Below, piece after piece: positions 10,501-23,087 of a stretch of 48,485 bases of DNA. A program made the position numbers and the translations under genes. The stretch covers positions 62,001 to 110,485 of the forward strand of contig JAXLNO010000502.1 in assembly GCA_038087875.1 (NCBI GenBank), written 5' to 3'. Position 1 is the stretch's first letter, and the number at the start of each line of letters is the position of its first letter. The stretch is from Malacoraja senta (lineage: Eukaryota). The notes under the pieces are model-generated. The model saw nothing but the letters and a program-made list of their open reading frames with translations. It searched no databases and was not told the DNA's origin.

Positions 10501-12980
10501 CACGTCACGCAGATGGGGCGCCGCCCGCGACCGCGCGACACTGCCTAGGTCACCACGAACCATGCGTACGTAATGTGCACCATGCGCGCATCACGTGCGC
10601 AGCGCGATTCATGCTTCGTGCGTTGTGACGCATAAATGATGACCCGTAAATTACGTGCAAATGACGAACAAGTGGGACAGGCCCTTTACTGCACTTGCAG
10701 CACCGCAGACCCAGGTTCCATCCCGACTACTTGTGCTGTCTGTACCGAGTTTGTACGTTCTCCCCGTGACTGCGTGCGTTTTCTCCGAGATCTTTGGTTT
10801 CCTCCCACACTCCAAGGACGTGCAGGTTTGTAGGTAAATTGGCTTGGTTAAAAAGAAATTCTCATCTCGGTCCTAAAAGACTTCCCCCTTATCCTCAAAC
10901 TGTGACCCCTTGTTCTGGACTTCCCCAACATCGGGAACAATCTTCTTGCATCTAGCCTGTCCAACCCCTTAAGAATTTTGTAAGTTTCTTTAAGATCCCC
11001 CCTCAATCTTCTAAATTCTAGCGAGTACAAGCCGAGTCTATCCAGCCTTCATATGAAAGTCCTGCCATCCCAGGAATCAGTCTGGTGAACCTTCTCTGTA
11101 CTCCCTCAATGGCAAGAATGTCTTTCCTCAGATTAGGAGAGCAAAACTGTACGCAATACTCCAGGTGTGGTCTCACCAAGGCCCTGTACAACCTCCCTGC
11201 TCCTATACTCAAATCCTTTTGCTATGAATGCTAACATACCATTCGCTTTCTTCACTGCCTGCTGCACCTGCATGCCTACTTTCAATGACTGGTGTACCAT
11301 GACACCCAGGTCTCGTTGCATCTCCCCTTTTCCTAATCGGCCACCATTCACTCACTAATCCACGTGGCAGCCTAGGTCTTACTGTAAACTCCAGCACCTG
11401 AGCTGCAGGGAGAGGTTGAGCACAGGAGGATGGGGAGTGATCTTAGAGCTGTATAAAATCACGAGGGTGAAAAGTCGGGGGATCAAGACCAGAGGACATA
11501 GGTTTAAGGTGAGAGTGGAAACATGCAGGCAATGTTTTCACACGGGGAGTGGTGGGTGTTGTAATAGGGCCACCTTTGGTCGGAGAATTGTAAGTGATTG
11601 AATAAACCACAGGACTGTGCAGTCAAGTTCCAGTCACCAGTGAGTATTCTGTGTTTGAGCATAAGATATCACAGGTGTATGGAACAAGCTGCCAAAGGAA
11701 ATAGAGACATAAGGGCCTGCAGATGTTGGAAAGTTGTGCAAAACACAAAGACACTGTTTTGGGTCAGGACCCTTCTTGAGAATGATTGTGGTTGTGGGAG
11801 AAGGCTGGAACAGAGAGGTGGGAGCGGTGATAGGTAGATATAGGTGAGGAAGTGGTTGGGGCAGGTACATGGATAGGACAGGTTTAGAGGGATATGGGCC
11901 AAATGTGGGCAGGTGTGAGTAGTGTAGATGGGGCATGTTGGTTGGCATGGAGGAGTTGGGCCGAAGGGCCTGTTGCCGTGCTGTGCGACTGTTTCTGCCT
12001 GATTGTACAAGGTTGTTGTATAAGATTCGTTCCTCCCTGCCTGTTGGAGTGTGAGGCTGAGATTCACCGGCTGTGATGGTTTTTCTCCTTTGCAGTTCCA
12101 ACCAGAGAGCGAATATCACACTGTCTGGGAAGAAGAAGAGGAAATTACAGAAACAGCTACAGCACAGTCTGAGGGAACGATCGACCATGGATGGTACTGT
12201 ACCCACAGCCTGCCCCTGCCTCAACCTGGCACTCAATACCTCCACAGAGTCGGGGGAGAGGGGGGGTGGAGGGAGTTGCTCCATCACTCGTATTCATTAA
12301 AATCTGTCAACAATTCCATGTTTTGCCCGTGTTTCATATTCTGCCCGTATAATCATATAACAATTACAGCACGGAAACAGGCCATCTCGGCCCTTCTAGT
12401 CCGTGTCGAACACTTACTCTCACCTAGTCCCATCTACCTGGACTCAGACCATAACCCTCCATTCCTTTCCCATCCATATACCTATCCAATTTATTTTAAA
12501 ATGATAAAATCGAACCTGCCTCCACCACTTCCACTGGAAGCTCATTCCACACAGCTACCACTCTCTGAGTGAAGAAGTTCCCCCTCATGTTACCCCTAAA
12601 CTTTTGACCCTTAATTCTCAAATCATGTCCTCTTGTTTGAATCTTCCCTACTCTCAATGGAAAAAGCTTATCCACGTCAACTCTGTCTGTCCCTCGCATC
12701 ATTTTAAAGACCTCTATCAAGTCCCCCCTTAACCTTCTGCGCTCCAAAGAATAAAGACCTAAAGAATAAAGACCGTGTTCCATGTTTTGCCCGTGTTCCA
12801 TGTTTTGCCCGTGTTCCATGTTTTGCCCGTGTTTCATGTTTTGCCCGTGTTTCATGTTTTGCCCGTGTTTCTGTCCTCATCCTTGCAGTTGCCCCGGGGC
12901 CTGGGAGAGCGGTTGGAGCGTCGTTGGTGAGGGACGGAGGGACAGAGCAGAACGTGGAGATGATGCAGCAGCCCACGTGA
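7431..12980 (+). CDS. C11orf98: C11orf98 homolog, spliced: join(7431-7466,9373-9488,12096-12193,12889-12980), 113 aa
   Basis: Hand-spliced protein MAPGGKINRPRT-ELQRSYLKRRNVARKGKKRIVGAVIDEGLITIHHLKKRS-SNQRANITLSGKKKRKLQKQLQHSLRERSTMDV-APGPGRAVGASLVRDGGTEQNVEMMQQPT*. It matches recalled human C11orf98 motifs (PGGKINRPRTEL; VGAVID.GLIT.HHLKKR; RANITLSGKK.RKL; VEM). All introns are GT-AG with compatible phases (0,2,1). Confidence 0.95.
7471..7835 (+). repeat. Purine-rich (GA/GGGA) low-complexity tract with (GA)n
   Basis: Directly visible at the start of C11orf98 intron 1. Confidence 0.95.
7987..8484 (-). mobile_element. CR1 3' end
   Basis: [10 protein letters not shown]...GYGEKAGTGY plus 3' hairpin. 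Confidence 0.9.
8560..8692 (+). ncRNA. Candidate H/ACA snoRNA (SNORA57/U99-like) in C11orf98 intron 1
   Basis: Island between repeats with hairpins (CTGTA..TACAG; GCGGCAGA..TCTGTCGT). ACA box at 8687-8689 with ATGCT starting 14 nt upstream and TGGC on the 5' side, complementary to 18S AGCAU-U-U-GCCA (human U1004 context, recalled). No canonical H box found; 5' end uncertain. Confidence 0.45.
9373..9488 (+). CDS. C11orf98: C11orf98 exon 2
   Basis: Strong polypyrimidine acceptor (cttccttttgcctttccag) and donor gtgagg; encodes ELQRSY...VGAVIDEGLITIHHLKKR. Confidence 0.95.
9615..10400 (-). mobile_element. L1-clade 3' end, interrupted by a small CR1 (~10096-10287)
   Basis: Similar to the ORF2 C-terminus and 3'UTR of the L1 copies at 28800-29340 and 29830-30420. 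Confidence 0.65.
10438..10848 (+). mobile_element. tRNA-derived V-SINE (HE1-like)
   Basis: A-box-like GGTGGCGCA, B-box-like GGTTCCATCCC and V-domain GAGTTTGTACGTTCTCCCCGTG...GGTTTCCTCCCACACTCCAA. Confidence 0.8.
10473..10685. mobile_element. PIF/Harbinger-type MITE inserted in the SINE
   Basis: ~34-bp imperfect TIRs (AGGACCTGTCCCACTTG.../...CAAGTGGGACAGGCCCT); TTA TSD at 10470-10472 and 10686-10688. Confidence 0.85.
10849..12000. mobile_element. CR1 fragments (- 10849-11349; + ~11415-12000)
   Basis: CR1 RT C-terminal motifs and 3' hairpin. Confidence 0.8.
12096..12193 (+). CDS. C11orf98: C11orf98 exon 3
   Basis: Acceptor tttttctcctttgcag; encodes SNQRANITLSGKKKRKLQKQL...MD; weaker donor gtactg. 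Confidence 0.92.
12314..12870. repeat. 19-bp tandem repeat (CCGTGTTYCATGTTTTGC) split by an antisense CR1 3' end (~12350-12770)
   Basis: About 2 units at 12314-12349 and about 5 units at 12773-12870, just upstream of the exon 4 acceptor. Confidence 0.85.
12889..12980 (+). CDS. C11orf98: C11orf98 terminal coding exon 4
   Basis: Acceptor ctcatccttgcag, phase 1, in frame to TGA at 12978-12980; QNVEM resembles human QDVEM. Confidence 0.85.
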
Positions 12981-13273
12981 GAAAGATGTTACAGGACGGG
13001 GGACAGCACGCACCTCCCAGCCCCTCCCCACCCCCCCTCCCCACGTCCCCACCCCTCCCCCTACTCCCCACCCCTCCCCCAACCTCCCCACCTCTCCCCC
13101 ATCTCCCTGCCTCTCCCACCCACCTCCCTGCCCTGCCCCTCCCCCAACCTCCCTGCCCCTCTCCCCACCTCCACCCTCCACCTGCCTGCCCCTCCCCCAC
13201 CTCCCCATCCCTCCCCCGACAGACTGGGCCAAAGTTGTGGCCACTACCAGGTGCCGGCTGACTGTACGCTGTA

Positions 13274-13279
13274 AATAAA
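13274..13279 (+). terminator. Polyadenylation signal AATAAA of C11orf98
   Basis: AATAAA about 295 nt after the stop codon, followed by GT-rich sequence. Confidence 0.7.
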
Positions 13280-13359
13280 GAGACTGTTATTGATGGTGAA
13301 GCAGTGGTGGTCTTTCACCCGCTGGTGTGACACAACCCAGCAGCCGTACGGGCACCACC

Positions 13360-14870
13360 GACACGCCAGTCACACGCTACTCACACACGCCAGTCACATG
13401 CTACTCACCTGGCACATGCCAGCCACACGCTACTCACACATGCCAGTCACACGCTACTCACCCACGCCAGTCACACGCTACTCACACACGCCAGTCACAT
13501 AGATACATAGATACATAGAAAATAGGTGCAGGAGTAGGCCATTCAGCCCTTCGAGCCTGCACCGCCATTCAATATGATCATGGCTGATCATCCAACTCAG
13601 TATCCCGTACCTGTCTTCTCTCCATACCCCCTGATCCCTTTAGCCACAAGGGCCACATCTAACTCCCTCTTAAATATAGCCAATGAACTGGCCTCAACTA
13701 CCCTCTGTGGCAGAGAGTTCCAGAGATTCACCACTCTCTGTGTGAAAAAGTTTTTCCTCATCTCGGTCTTAAAGGATTTCCCCCTTATCCTTAAGCTGTG
13801 ACCCCTTGTCCTGGACTTCCCCCAACATCGGGAACAATCTTCCTGCATCTAGCCTGTCCAACCCCATAAGAATTTTGTACGTTTCTATAAGATCCCCTCT
13901 CAATCTCCTAAATTCTAGCGAGTATAAGCCAAGTCTATCCAGTCTTTCTTCATATGAAAGTCCTGACATCCCAGGAATCAGTCTGGTGAACCTTCTCTGC
14001 ACTCCCTCTATGGCTATAATGTCCTTCCTCAGATTTGGAGACCAAAACTGTACGCAATACTCCAGGTGTGGTCTCACCAAGACCCTGTACAACTGCAGTA
14101 GAACCTCCCTGCTCCTATACTCAAATCCTCTTGCTATGAAGGCCAACATACCATTCGCTTTCTTCACTGCCTGCTGCACCTGCATGCCTACTTTCAATGA
14201 CTGGTGTACCATGACACCCAGGTCTCACTGCATCTCCCCATTTCCTAATCGGCCACCATTTAGAGTCACACGCTACTCACACACGCCAGTCACACGCTAC
14301 TCACCTGGCACATGCCAGTCACATGCTACTCACACACGCCAGTCACACGCTACTCACACACGCCAGTCACACTACTCACCGCCACACGCTACTCACACCT
14401 GCCACACGGCAGTCACACGATACTCACCTGGCACATGCCAGTCACACGTATTCACACATGCCAGTCACACGCTACTCACCTGGCACATGCCAGTCACACG
14501 CTACTCACACACGCTACTCACCTGGCACATGCCAGTCACATGCTACTCACACACGCTACTCACCTGGCACATGCCAGTCACACGCTACTCACACACACCA
14601 GTCACACGCTACTCACCTGGCAAATGCCAGTCACACGCTACTCACACTGCCACATGCCAGTCACACGCTACTCACACACGCCAGTCACACGCTACTCACA
14701 CCTGCCACACGCTACTTCCACACGCCTGTCACGCTACTCACGCCAGTCACACGCTACTCCCACACGCCAGTCACATGCTACTCACCCGTCACACGCCAGT
14801 CACACGCTTCTCCCACACGCCAGTCACACGCTACTCACCCGGCACACGCCAGTCATGCCCGTCACGTGCC
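13360..14870. repeat. 24-27 bp minisatellite (GCCAGTCACACGCTACTCACACAC), interrupted by a young antisense CR1 (13497-14263)
   Basis: Units are visible on both sides of the CR1. Confidence 0.92.
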
Positions 14871-15496
14871 ATTCACGCACCCGTCTTTCCTCGGGTTCAT
14901 GGGGAGAGCTGCAGGCACCCAGATCACCCCCACTCTCCCGCCGGTCTGATCCCCACCCAGATCTGTATAAGAAATATGGCTGGGTGACAAAACATGTTAA
15001 TAATAAACCAGAGAGGGCCCAAATCCCCAAAGGCATGGTGCTCGATGTTCTACAGACGTGCTGCAGTAACACCTTGCAGTGATGTTTCAGTGCGTGGTCA
15101 GTGAATGAGCTGTTTGGGAAAGGCTGGACCATATATACACTGTACCCAGCAGAAAGGTTACTGCCTTACACGGCTCAGAGATACACAATGACTTACGGTG
15201 CAGGTGTGACCCAGACCTGCGTTCTGCAATGCCACAGACCAAACCCCAATGTGCTTTATCTGTAGATCCAGAATGGATTGTATTTGCGGGGACACATTAC
15301 AGGTCTCCAGAGCCTGGTGGTTTATGAGACTAAGCTGTTTCTTGAACCAGGAGGTCATAGTTCCCATGCTCCTGATGGACGCAGCCAGATGAGAGCATGG
15401 CCAGGGGGGTGTGAAATGTGAGTTTGGCATATCTTGACAATTGTTCGGATATCATTGCATATCGTTTCTCTGGAGACATTCCTCCTATATTTCCTC

Positions 15497-16635
15497 AGAG
15501 GATTTCAGTATAGGAGTAAAGAGGTTCTTCAGCAGTTGTATAGGGCTCTGGTGAGACCACATTTGGAGTATTGTGTACAGTTTTGGTCTCCTAATTTGTG
15601 GAAGGACATCCTTGTGATTGAGGCAGTGCAGCGTAGGTTCACGAGATTGATCCCTGGGATGGCGGGACTGTCATACGAGGAAAGATTGAAAAGACTAGGC
15701 TTGTATACACTGGAGTTTAGAAGGATGAGGGGGAATCTTATAAAAACATATAAAATTATAAAAGGACTGGACAAGCTAGATGCAGGAAAAATGTTCCCAA
15801 TGTTGGGCGAGTCCAGAACCAGGGGCCACAGACTTAGAATAAAGGGGAGGTCATTTAAGACTGAGGTGAGAAAAAACGTTTTCACCCAGAGAGTTGTGAA
15901 TTTATGGAATTCCCTGCCACAGAGGGCAGTGGAGGCCAAATCACTGGATGGATTTAAGAGAGAGTTAGATAGAGCTCTAGGGGCTAGTGGAGTCAAGGGA
16001 TATGGGGAGAAGGCAGGCATGGGTTATTGATTGGGGACGATCAGCCATGATCACAATGAATGGCGGTGCTGGCTCGAAGGGCCGAATGGCCTCCTCCTGC
16101 ACCTATTGTCTATGTTTCTATAACTCTCACTGAGCTTGATTGCAATGTTCTCTCACTCTTTATACAAATATTCTTTGTATAAGCAAACTTGGACACATTG
16201 CATTCATCCTTACCTCTCACCCAAACTATCCAAATCATGACACAAACTGAACATCTGAGCCCCAAACTCAAACATCATCTCTTTATTCTCTGTAAATCTG
16301 ATCCTCTGTCCATTAGTCCCAGTGGCACTTACCACAGGGCTTCTCAAAAATTCGTACACCACAGCTGGTTTAGATGGGTGTCAACCCGAAACAGAGAGTT
16401 TCCCACACAGAGAGTTGTGAGTCTGTGGAATTCTCTGCCTCAGAGGGCGGTGGAGGCCGGTTCTCCGGACACTTTCAAGAGCGAGCTAGATGGGGCTCTT
16501 AAAGATAGCGGAGTTAAGGGATTTGGGCAGAAGGCAGGAACGGGGTACTGATTGGGGATGATCAGCCATGATCACATTGAATGGCGGTTCCGGCTCGAAG
16601 GGCCGAATGGCCTACTCCCGCACCTATTGTCTATT
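15497..16635 (+). mobile_element. CR1 3' ends (15497-16121; ~16392-16635)
   Basis: RT C-terminal ORF 15434-16030 plus 3' hairpin and tail. Confidence 0.9.
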
Positions 16636-17108
16636 GAAAAGTCACCCATTTATTCTCTCCAGAGATGCTGCCTGTCCCGCGGTATTTTGTGTCTGTTTCT
16701 GGTTTCTCCTATCCTGCTTGTTACGTTAATAAAGGTCACCAGAAATCAGACATCATTTCCCTTTGCTATATTTATCATCTTACTATTTTCTCAGTGCTCA
16801 GGCATTTTTCCTTCTCCTTTAGCCAGGCTAACAAGTTTGCAGTTCACTTCTTCCCCTTAAACTGTTGGGTTGTATTTGCTAACTGAGGTGTGGTTTTCTC
16901 CACAAACCACACCTTTAGCAAGTGGGTGAGCAAGGAAGATGGATAGACTGGAATGTGGAGCTGAAGCATGAAGCAGATTGGAGCTGTATGGTCAACTCTT
17001 GCTCCTAACTCCAATGTGTTCAGATTTAAGATCTGAGTTTAAGACTGAATTCAATCATTTGCAGTCTTTAATTAAAATGCTACAGTTAATTAAAAATCAT
17101 AATTAAAA

Positions 17109-19770
17109 TTCATAACAAGAGGATTTCAGTATAGGAGTAAAGAGGTTCTTCTGCAGTTGTATAGGGCTCTGGTGAGACCACATCTGGAGTATTGTGTACA
17201 GTTTTGGTCTAATTTGAGGAAGGACATCCTTGTGATTGAGGCAGTGCAGCGTAGGTTCACGAGATTGATCCCTGGGATGATGGGACTGTCAAATGAGGAA
17301 AGATTGAAAAGACTAGGCTTGTATTCATTGGAGGAGGAGGGGCGATCTTATAGAAACATATAAAAATTATAAAAGGACTGGACAAGCTAGATGCAGGAAA
17401 AATGTTCCCAATGTTGGGCGAGTCCAGAACCAGGGGCCACAGTCTTAGAATAAAGGGGAGGCCATTTAAGACTGAAGTGAGAAAAAACGTTTTCACCCAG
17501 AGTTGTCAATTTGTGGAATTCCCTGCCACAGAGGGCAGTGGAGGCCAAGTCACTGGATGGATTTAAGAGAGAGTTAGATAGAGCTCTAGGGGCTAGTGGA
17601 GTCAAGGGATATGGGGAGAAGGCAGGCACTGGTTATTGATTGGGGACGATCAGCCATGATCACAATGAATGGCAGTGCTGGCTCGAAGGGCCGAATGGCC
17701 TCCTCCTGCACCTATTTTCTATGTTTCTATGAAATGGTGTTGGGTAGACTGATGGGACTGAAGGCTGATAAATCCCCAGGGCCTGATGGTTTGCATCCCA
17801 GGGTACTTAAGGAAGTGGCTCTAAAATCGTGATGCATTGGTGATAATTTTCCAATGTTCTATAGATTCAGGATCAGTTCCTGTGGATTGGAGGGTAACTA
17901 ATGTTATCCCACTTTTTAAGAATGGCGGGAGAGAGAAAACAGGGAATTATAGACCAGTTAGCCTGACATTGGTGTTGGGGAAGATGCTGGAGTCAATTAT
18001 AAAAGATGAAAATAGCAGCACATTTGGATAGCAGTAACAGGATCGGTCCGAGTCAGCATGATTTACTACGGGGAAATCATGCTTGACTAATCTTCTGGAA
18101 TTTTTTGAGGATAGAAACATAGAAATTAGGTGCAGGAGTAGGCCATTCGGCCCTTCGATATAACTAGGAAAATGGACAAGGGAGATCCAGTGGATATAGT
18201 GTACCTGGACTTTCAGAAAGCATTTGATAAGGTCCCACATAGGAGATTAGTGGGCAAAATTAGGGCACATTGTATTGTGGGTAGAGTGGACAGAGAGGAT
18301 AGAAAATTGGTTGGCGGACAGAAAACAGAGAGTGGGGATTAACGGGTCCCTTTCAGAATGGCAGGCTGTGACTAGTGGGGTACCGCAAGGCTCGGTGCTG
18401 CGACCACAGCTATTTACAATATACATCAATGATTTGGATGAAGGGATTCAAAGTAACATTAGAAAATTTGCGGATTTCACAAAGCTGGGTGGCAGTGTGA
18501 ACTGTGAGGAGGATGCTATGAGAATGCAGGGTGACTTGGACAGCTTGGAGGAGTGGGCAGATGCATGGCACATGAAGTTTAATGTGGATAAATGTGAGGT
18601 TATCCACTTTGGTAGCAAAAACAGGAAGGCAGATTACTATCTAAATGGCGTCAAGTTGGGAAAAGGGGAAGTACAACGGGATCTGGGGGGTCCTTGTTCA
18701 CCAGTCTATGAAAGTAAGCATGCAGGTACAACAGGCAGTGAAGAATTTGAGGAAGGACATCCTTGTGATTGAGGCAGTGCAGCGTAGGTTCACGAGATTG
18801 ATCCCTGGGATGGCGGGACTGTCATATGAGGAAAGATTGAAAAGACTAGGCTTGTATTCACTGGAGTTTAGAAGGATGAGGGGGAATCTTATAGAAACAT
18901 ATAAAATTATAAAAGGACTGGACAAGCTAGATGCAGGAAAAATGTTCCCAATGTTGGGCGAGTCCAGAACCAGGGACCACAGTCTTAGAATAAAGGAGCG
19001 GCCATTTAAGACTGAGGTGAGAAAATACATTTTCACCCAGAGAGTTGTGAATTTGTGGAATTCCCTGCCACAGAGGGCAGTGGAGGCCAAGTCACTGGAT
19101 GGATTTAAGAGAGAGTTAGATAGAGCTCTAGGGACTAGTGGAGTCGATGGATATGGGGAGAAGGCAGGCACGGGTTATTGATTGGGGACGATCAGCCATG
19201 ATCGTCCCCAATTGTGTACAGTTTTGGTCTCCTAATCTGAGGAAAGACATTCTTGCCATAGATGGAGTACAGAGAAGGTTCACCAGACTGATTCCTGGGA
19301 TGGCAGGAGGTTCATATGAAGAAAGACTGGATAGACTCAGCTTGTACTCGCTAGAATTTAGAAGATTGAGGGGGGATCTTATAGAAACTTACAAAATTCT
19401 TAAGGGGTTGGACAGGCTAGATGCAAGAAGATTGTTCCCGATGTTGGGGAAGTCCAGAACAAGGGGTCACAGTTTAAGGATAAGGGTGAAGTCTTTTAGG
19501 ACCGAGATGAGAAAAACATTTTTCACACAGAGAGTGGTGAATCGCTGGAATTCTCTGCCACAGTAAGTAGTAGAGGCCAGTTCTTTGGCTATATTTAAGA
19601 GGGAGTTAGATGTGGCCCTTGTGGCTAAAGGGATCAGGGGGTATGGAGAGAAGGCAGGTACACGATACTGAGTTGGATGATCAGCCATGATCATATTGAA
19701 TGGCGGTGAAGGCTCGAAGGGCCGAATGGCCTACTCCTGCACCTATTGTCTATGTTTCTATGTTTTTATG
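17109..19770 (+). mobile_element. CR1 cluster, including a duplicated copy (17109-18745) of 3594-5185
   Basis: Identical or near-identical ORFs to 3552-5239 with shared frameshifts. Confidence 0.9.
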
Positions 19771-20397
19771 TAATATCTAGCTGGTGGATAGATACAATTT
19801 ATGTAATTCCTACACCAGAGGTAAAGAGAATGGTCAATGGACAGCAGTCCTTGGCCCCAGAACAATCTGATCAGTTAGTAAGATGCTCAGAGCAATGGCA
19901 AATAAAGGTAGACAACAATGCTGGAGCAACTCAGCGGGTGCAGCAGCATCTGTGGAGCGAAGGAAATAGGCAACGTTTCGGGCCGAAACCCTTCTTCAGA
20001 GTGGTGCGGGGGGGGGGGGGGGGCGGGGAGAAGAAAGGAAAAAGGAAGAGGAGGAGCCCGAGGGCTGAGGGAGAGCTGAGAAGGGGAGGGTTAGGAGTGT
20101 GAGGAGCGGCATTTATTGGGAGAACTAATGAAGATGGGAGATACAAAGTGCATGGGAGGCCTCCTTAAAACATACTGAGGCACGGGGTAACATGTCCGAG
20201 GATCCCTGCAGGCAGCAGCATTAGTACATGAAGTGGTGAAGAATACAGATGTAAAGGGTCCCGATCCGAAACATCTCCAGAGATGCTGCCTGATCAACTG
20301 AGTTAGTCCAATACTTTGTGTTTTTATACATATGTGAAACCTGTCAATTGCTGGAGAATGTAATGTGTAGAGCGTGGTGATGGTCAAAGAGTCTGCT

Positions 20398-22545
20398 ACA
20401 ATAGACAATAGACAATTGGTGCAGGAGTAGGCCATTCGGCCCTTCGAGCCAGCACCGCCATTCATTGTGATCATGGCTGATCGTCCCCAATCAGTACCCC
20501 GTTCCTGCCTTCTCCCCATATCATAGAAACATAGACAATAGGTGCAGGAGTAGGCCATTCGGCCCTCCGAGCCAGCACCGCCATTCATTGTGATCATGGC
20601 TGATCGTCCCCTATCAATAACCCGTGCCTGCCTTCTCCCCATATCCCTTGACTACACTAGCCCCTAGAGCTCTGTCTAACCCTCTCTTAAATCCATCCAG
20701 TGATTTGGCCTCCACTGCCCTCTGTGGCAGGGAATTCCATAAATTCACAACTCTCTGGGTGAAAAAGTTTTTTCTCACCTCAGTCTTAAATGACCTCCCC
20801 TTTATGCTAAGACTGTGGCCCCTGGTTCTGGACTCGCCCAACATTGGGAACATTTTTCCTGCATCTAGCTTGTCCAGTCCTTTTATAATTTTATATGTTT
20901 CTATAACATATCCCCTCATCCTTCTAAACTCAAGTGAATACAAGCCTAGTCTTTTCAATCTTTCCTCATATGACAGTCCCGCCATCCCAGGGATCAATCT
21001 TGTGAACCTACGCTGCACTGCCTCAATCACAAGGATGTCCTTCCTCAAATTAGGGGACCAAAACTGTACACAATACTCCAGATGTGGTCTCACCAGAGCC
21101 CTATACAACTGCAGAAGAACCCCTGACTCCACTATTTTTAAGAGCCCTATCTAGCTCTCTCTTGAAAGCATCCAGAGAACCTGCCTCCACCACCCTCTGA
21201 GGCAGAGAATTCCACAGACTCACCACTCTCTGTGAGAAAAAGTGTTTCCTCGTCTCCGTTCTAAGACAATTGTATAAGACATTGATTTAGGCCGTATTGG
21301 TGCAGTGTTTGGTTCTGGTTGCACACAACAGGAAAGATGTGAATTACAGAGAACTTCGAACAGCTCTGGCCTCTCTGCATGTATCAAAACATTATGCCAT
21401 ATTAAACTACATCAATCCGTCAATATGTGCCAATATCATCTTTGCTGCCTGGCAGTACATTCTACGTATTCACTATCCTCTGTGTAAAAAACCTTTTTCC
21501 GTACATCTCCTTTAGACTTTGGCCCCTTGCCTTAAAGCTATGCCCTCCAGCCCTGTGAAGAATCTTTCCTCATATGACAGTCACGCCATCCCAGGGATCA
21601 ATCTCGTGAACCGACGCTGCACTGCCTCAATCACAAGGATGTCCTTCCTCAAATTAGGAGACCAAAACCTCTTTATTCCTATACTGAAATCCTCTTGTTA
21701 TGAAGGCCAACATTCCATTAGCTTTCTTCACTGCCTGCTGTACCTGTAAGCCAACTTTCAGTGACCGGTGTACAAGGACACCCAGGTCTCACTGCACCTC
21801 CCCCTTACCTAACCTAACCCCATTGAGATAATTATCTGCCCCTTTGTTTTTGCAGCCAAAGTGGATAACCTCACATTTATCTATATTATACTGCATTTCC
21901 CACGCATCTGCCCACTCACTCAATCTGTCCAGGTCACCCTGCAACGTCCTAACATCCTCTTCACAGTTCACACTGCCACCCAGCTTTGTGTCATCCGCAA
22001 ACTTGCAAGTGTTGCTCCTATTTCCCTCTTCCAAATCATTAATATATATGGTAAACAGTTGCGGCCCCAACACCGAGCCTTGCGGCACTCCACTCGCCAC
22101 TGCCTGCCATTCTGAAAAGGACCCGTTCACTCCTACTATTTGCTTCCTGTCTGCCAACCAATTTTCTATCCATGTCAACACCCTACCCCCAATACCATGT
22201 GCTCTAATTTTAGTCACCACTCTCCCGTGCGGGACCTTATCAAAGTATTTCTGAAAGTCTAGATACACTACATCCACTGGCACCCCTTCATCCATTTTAC
22301 TTGTCACATCCTTGAAAAATTCCAGAAGATTAGTCAAGCATGATTTCCCTTTCATAAATCCATGTTGCCTTGGACTAATCCTTTTACTGCTATTCAAATG
22401 CCCCATTATTACCTCTTTAATAATTGACTCCAGCATCTTTCCCACCACCGAAGTCAGGCTAACTGGTCTGTAATTCCCCGTTTTCTCTCTCGCTCCTTTC
22501 TTGAAAAGTGGGATAACATTAGTTATCCTCCAATCCACAGGAACT
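20398..22545 (-). mobile_element. Antisense CR1 cluster (RT domain ~21560-22545; 3' ends 20398-21265)
   Basis: NYRPVSLTS, SGVPQGSVLGP, FADDTK and RPHLEYC motifs. Confidence 0.92.
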
Positions 22546-23087
22546 GATAAATTGAGTTGGATTAGCTGCCTGACCCGCCGAGTTACTCCAGCATTCTGTG
22601 TCTTTCCCTGGTAGACCAGCATCTGCAGTTCCTTGTTTCTGCATCTGTTATACTTCCCATCTGTGCCTTCTCCCACTCCGCTTATTCATGGGGGAATTCC
22701 AACCATGGGGGAATTTTGAATGGTTCTACTTTTGATTAATTATTTCCCATCTACTTTTACTAAATTTGGTAAATTTAATTTCAATTAATTCTTAGTTTAT
22801 CAATGCTTTTTCCACAACTGCTAAATATACGTAAATTAGAACCAGTATATCAAATGCTGTTTTCTTCCAGTTCAGCTTTATTCCTAAAGCTAGCTCCACC
22901 CTCAACTTCTCTCTGGTTTTGCTTGATGAGGAATGATTTTTAAAAACCCTTTTATTGTAATTCAGGAACTCTTCCTCCATTCTGTTTCTTTACTGTCCTC
23001 AATATTGTTTCAGTGGTTGGAAATACCCCACCATTACAGTTTGTTATTTCATACTTTGTACCTATATATTTGTTCCTGATTCCTGGG

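Noticed and set aside
12782..13261. Cys/Pro-rich 159-aa ORF
   Set aside because: 19-bp repeat plus C-rich 3'UTR, in a different frame from the real exon 4
13806..15082. 393/256/208-aa His/Thr-rich ORFs
   Set aside because: Antisense CR1 plus minisatellite read-through
15158..15490. Possible - strand exon with a GTAAGT donor at ~15195
   Set aside because: One frame resembles a decayed Rex1 C-terminus (HPPGHAL...PSG); no convincing acceptor
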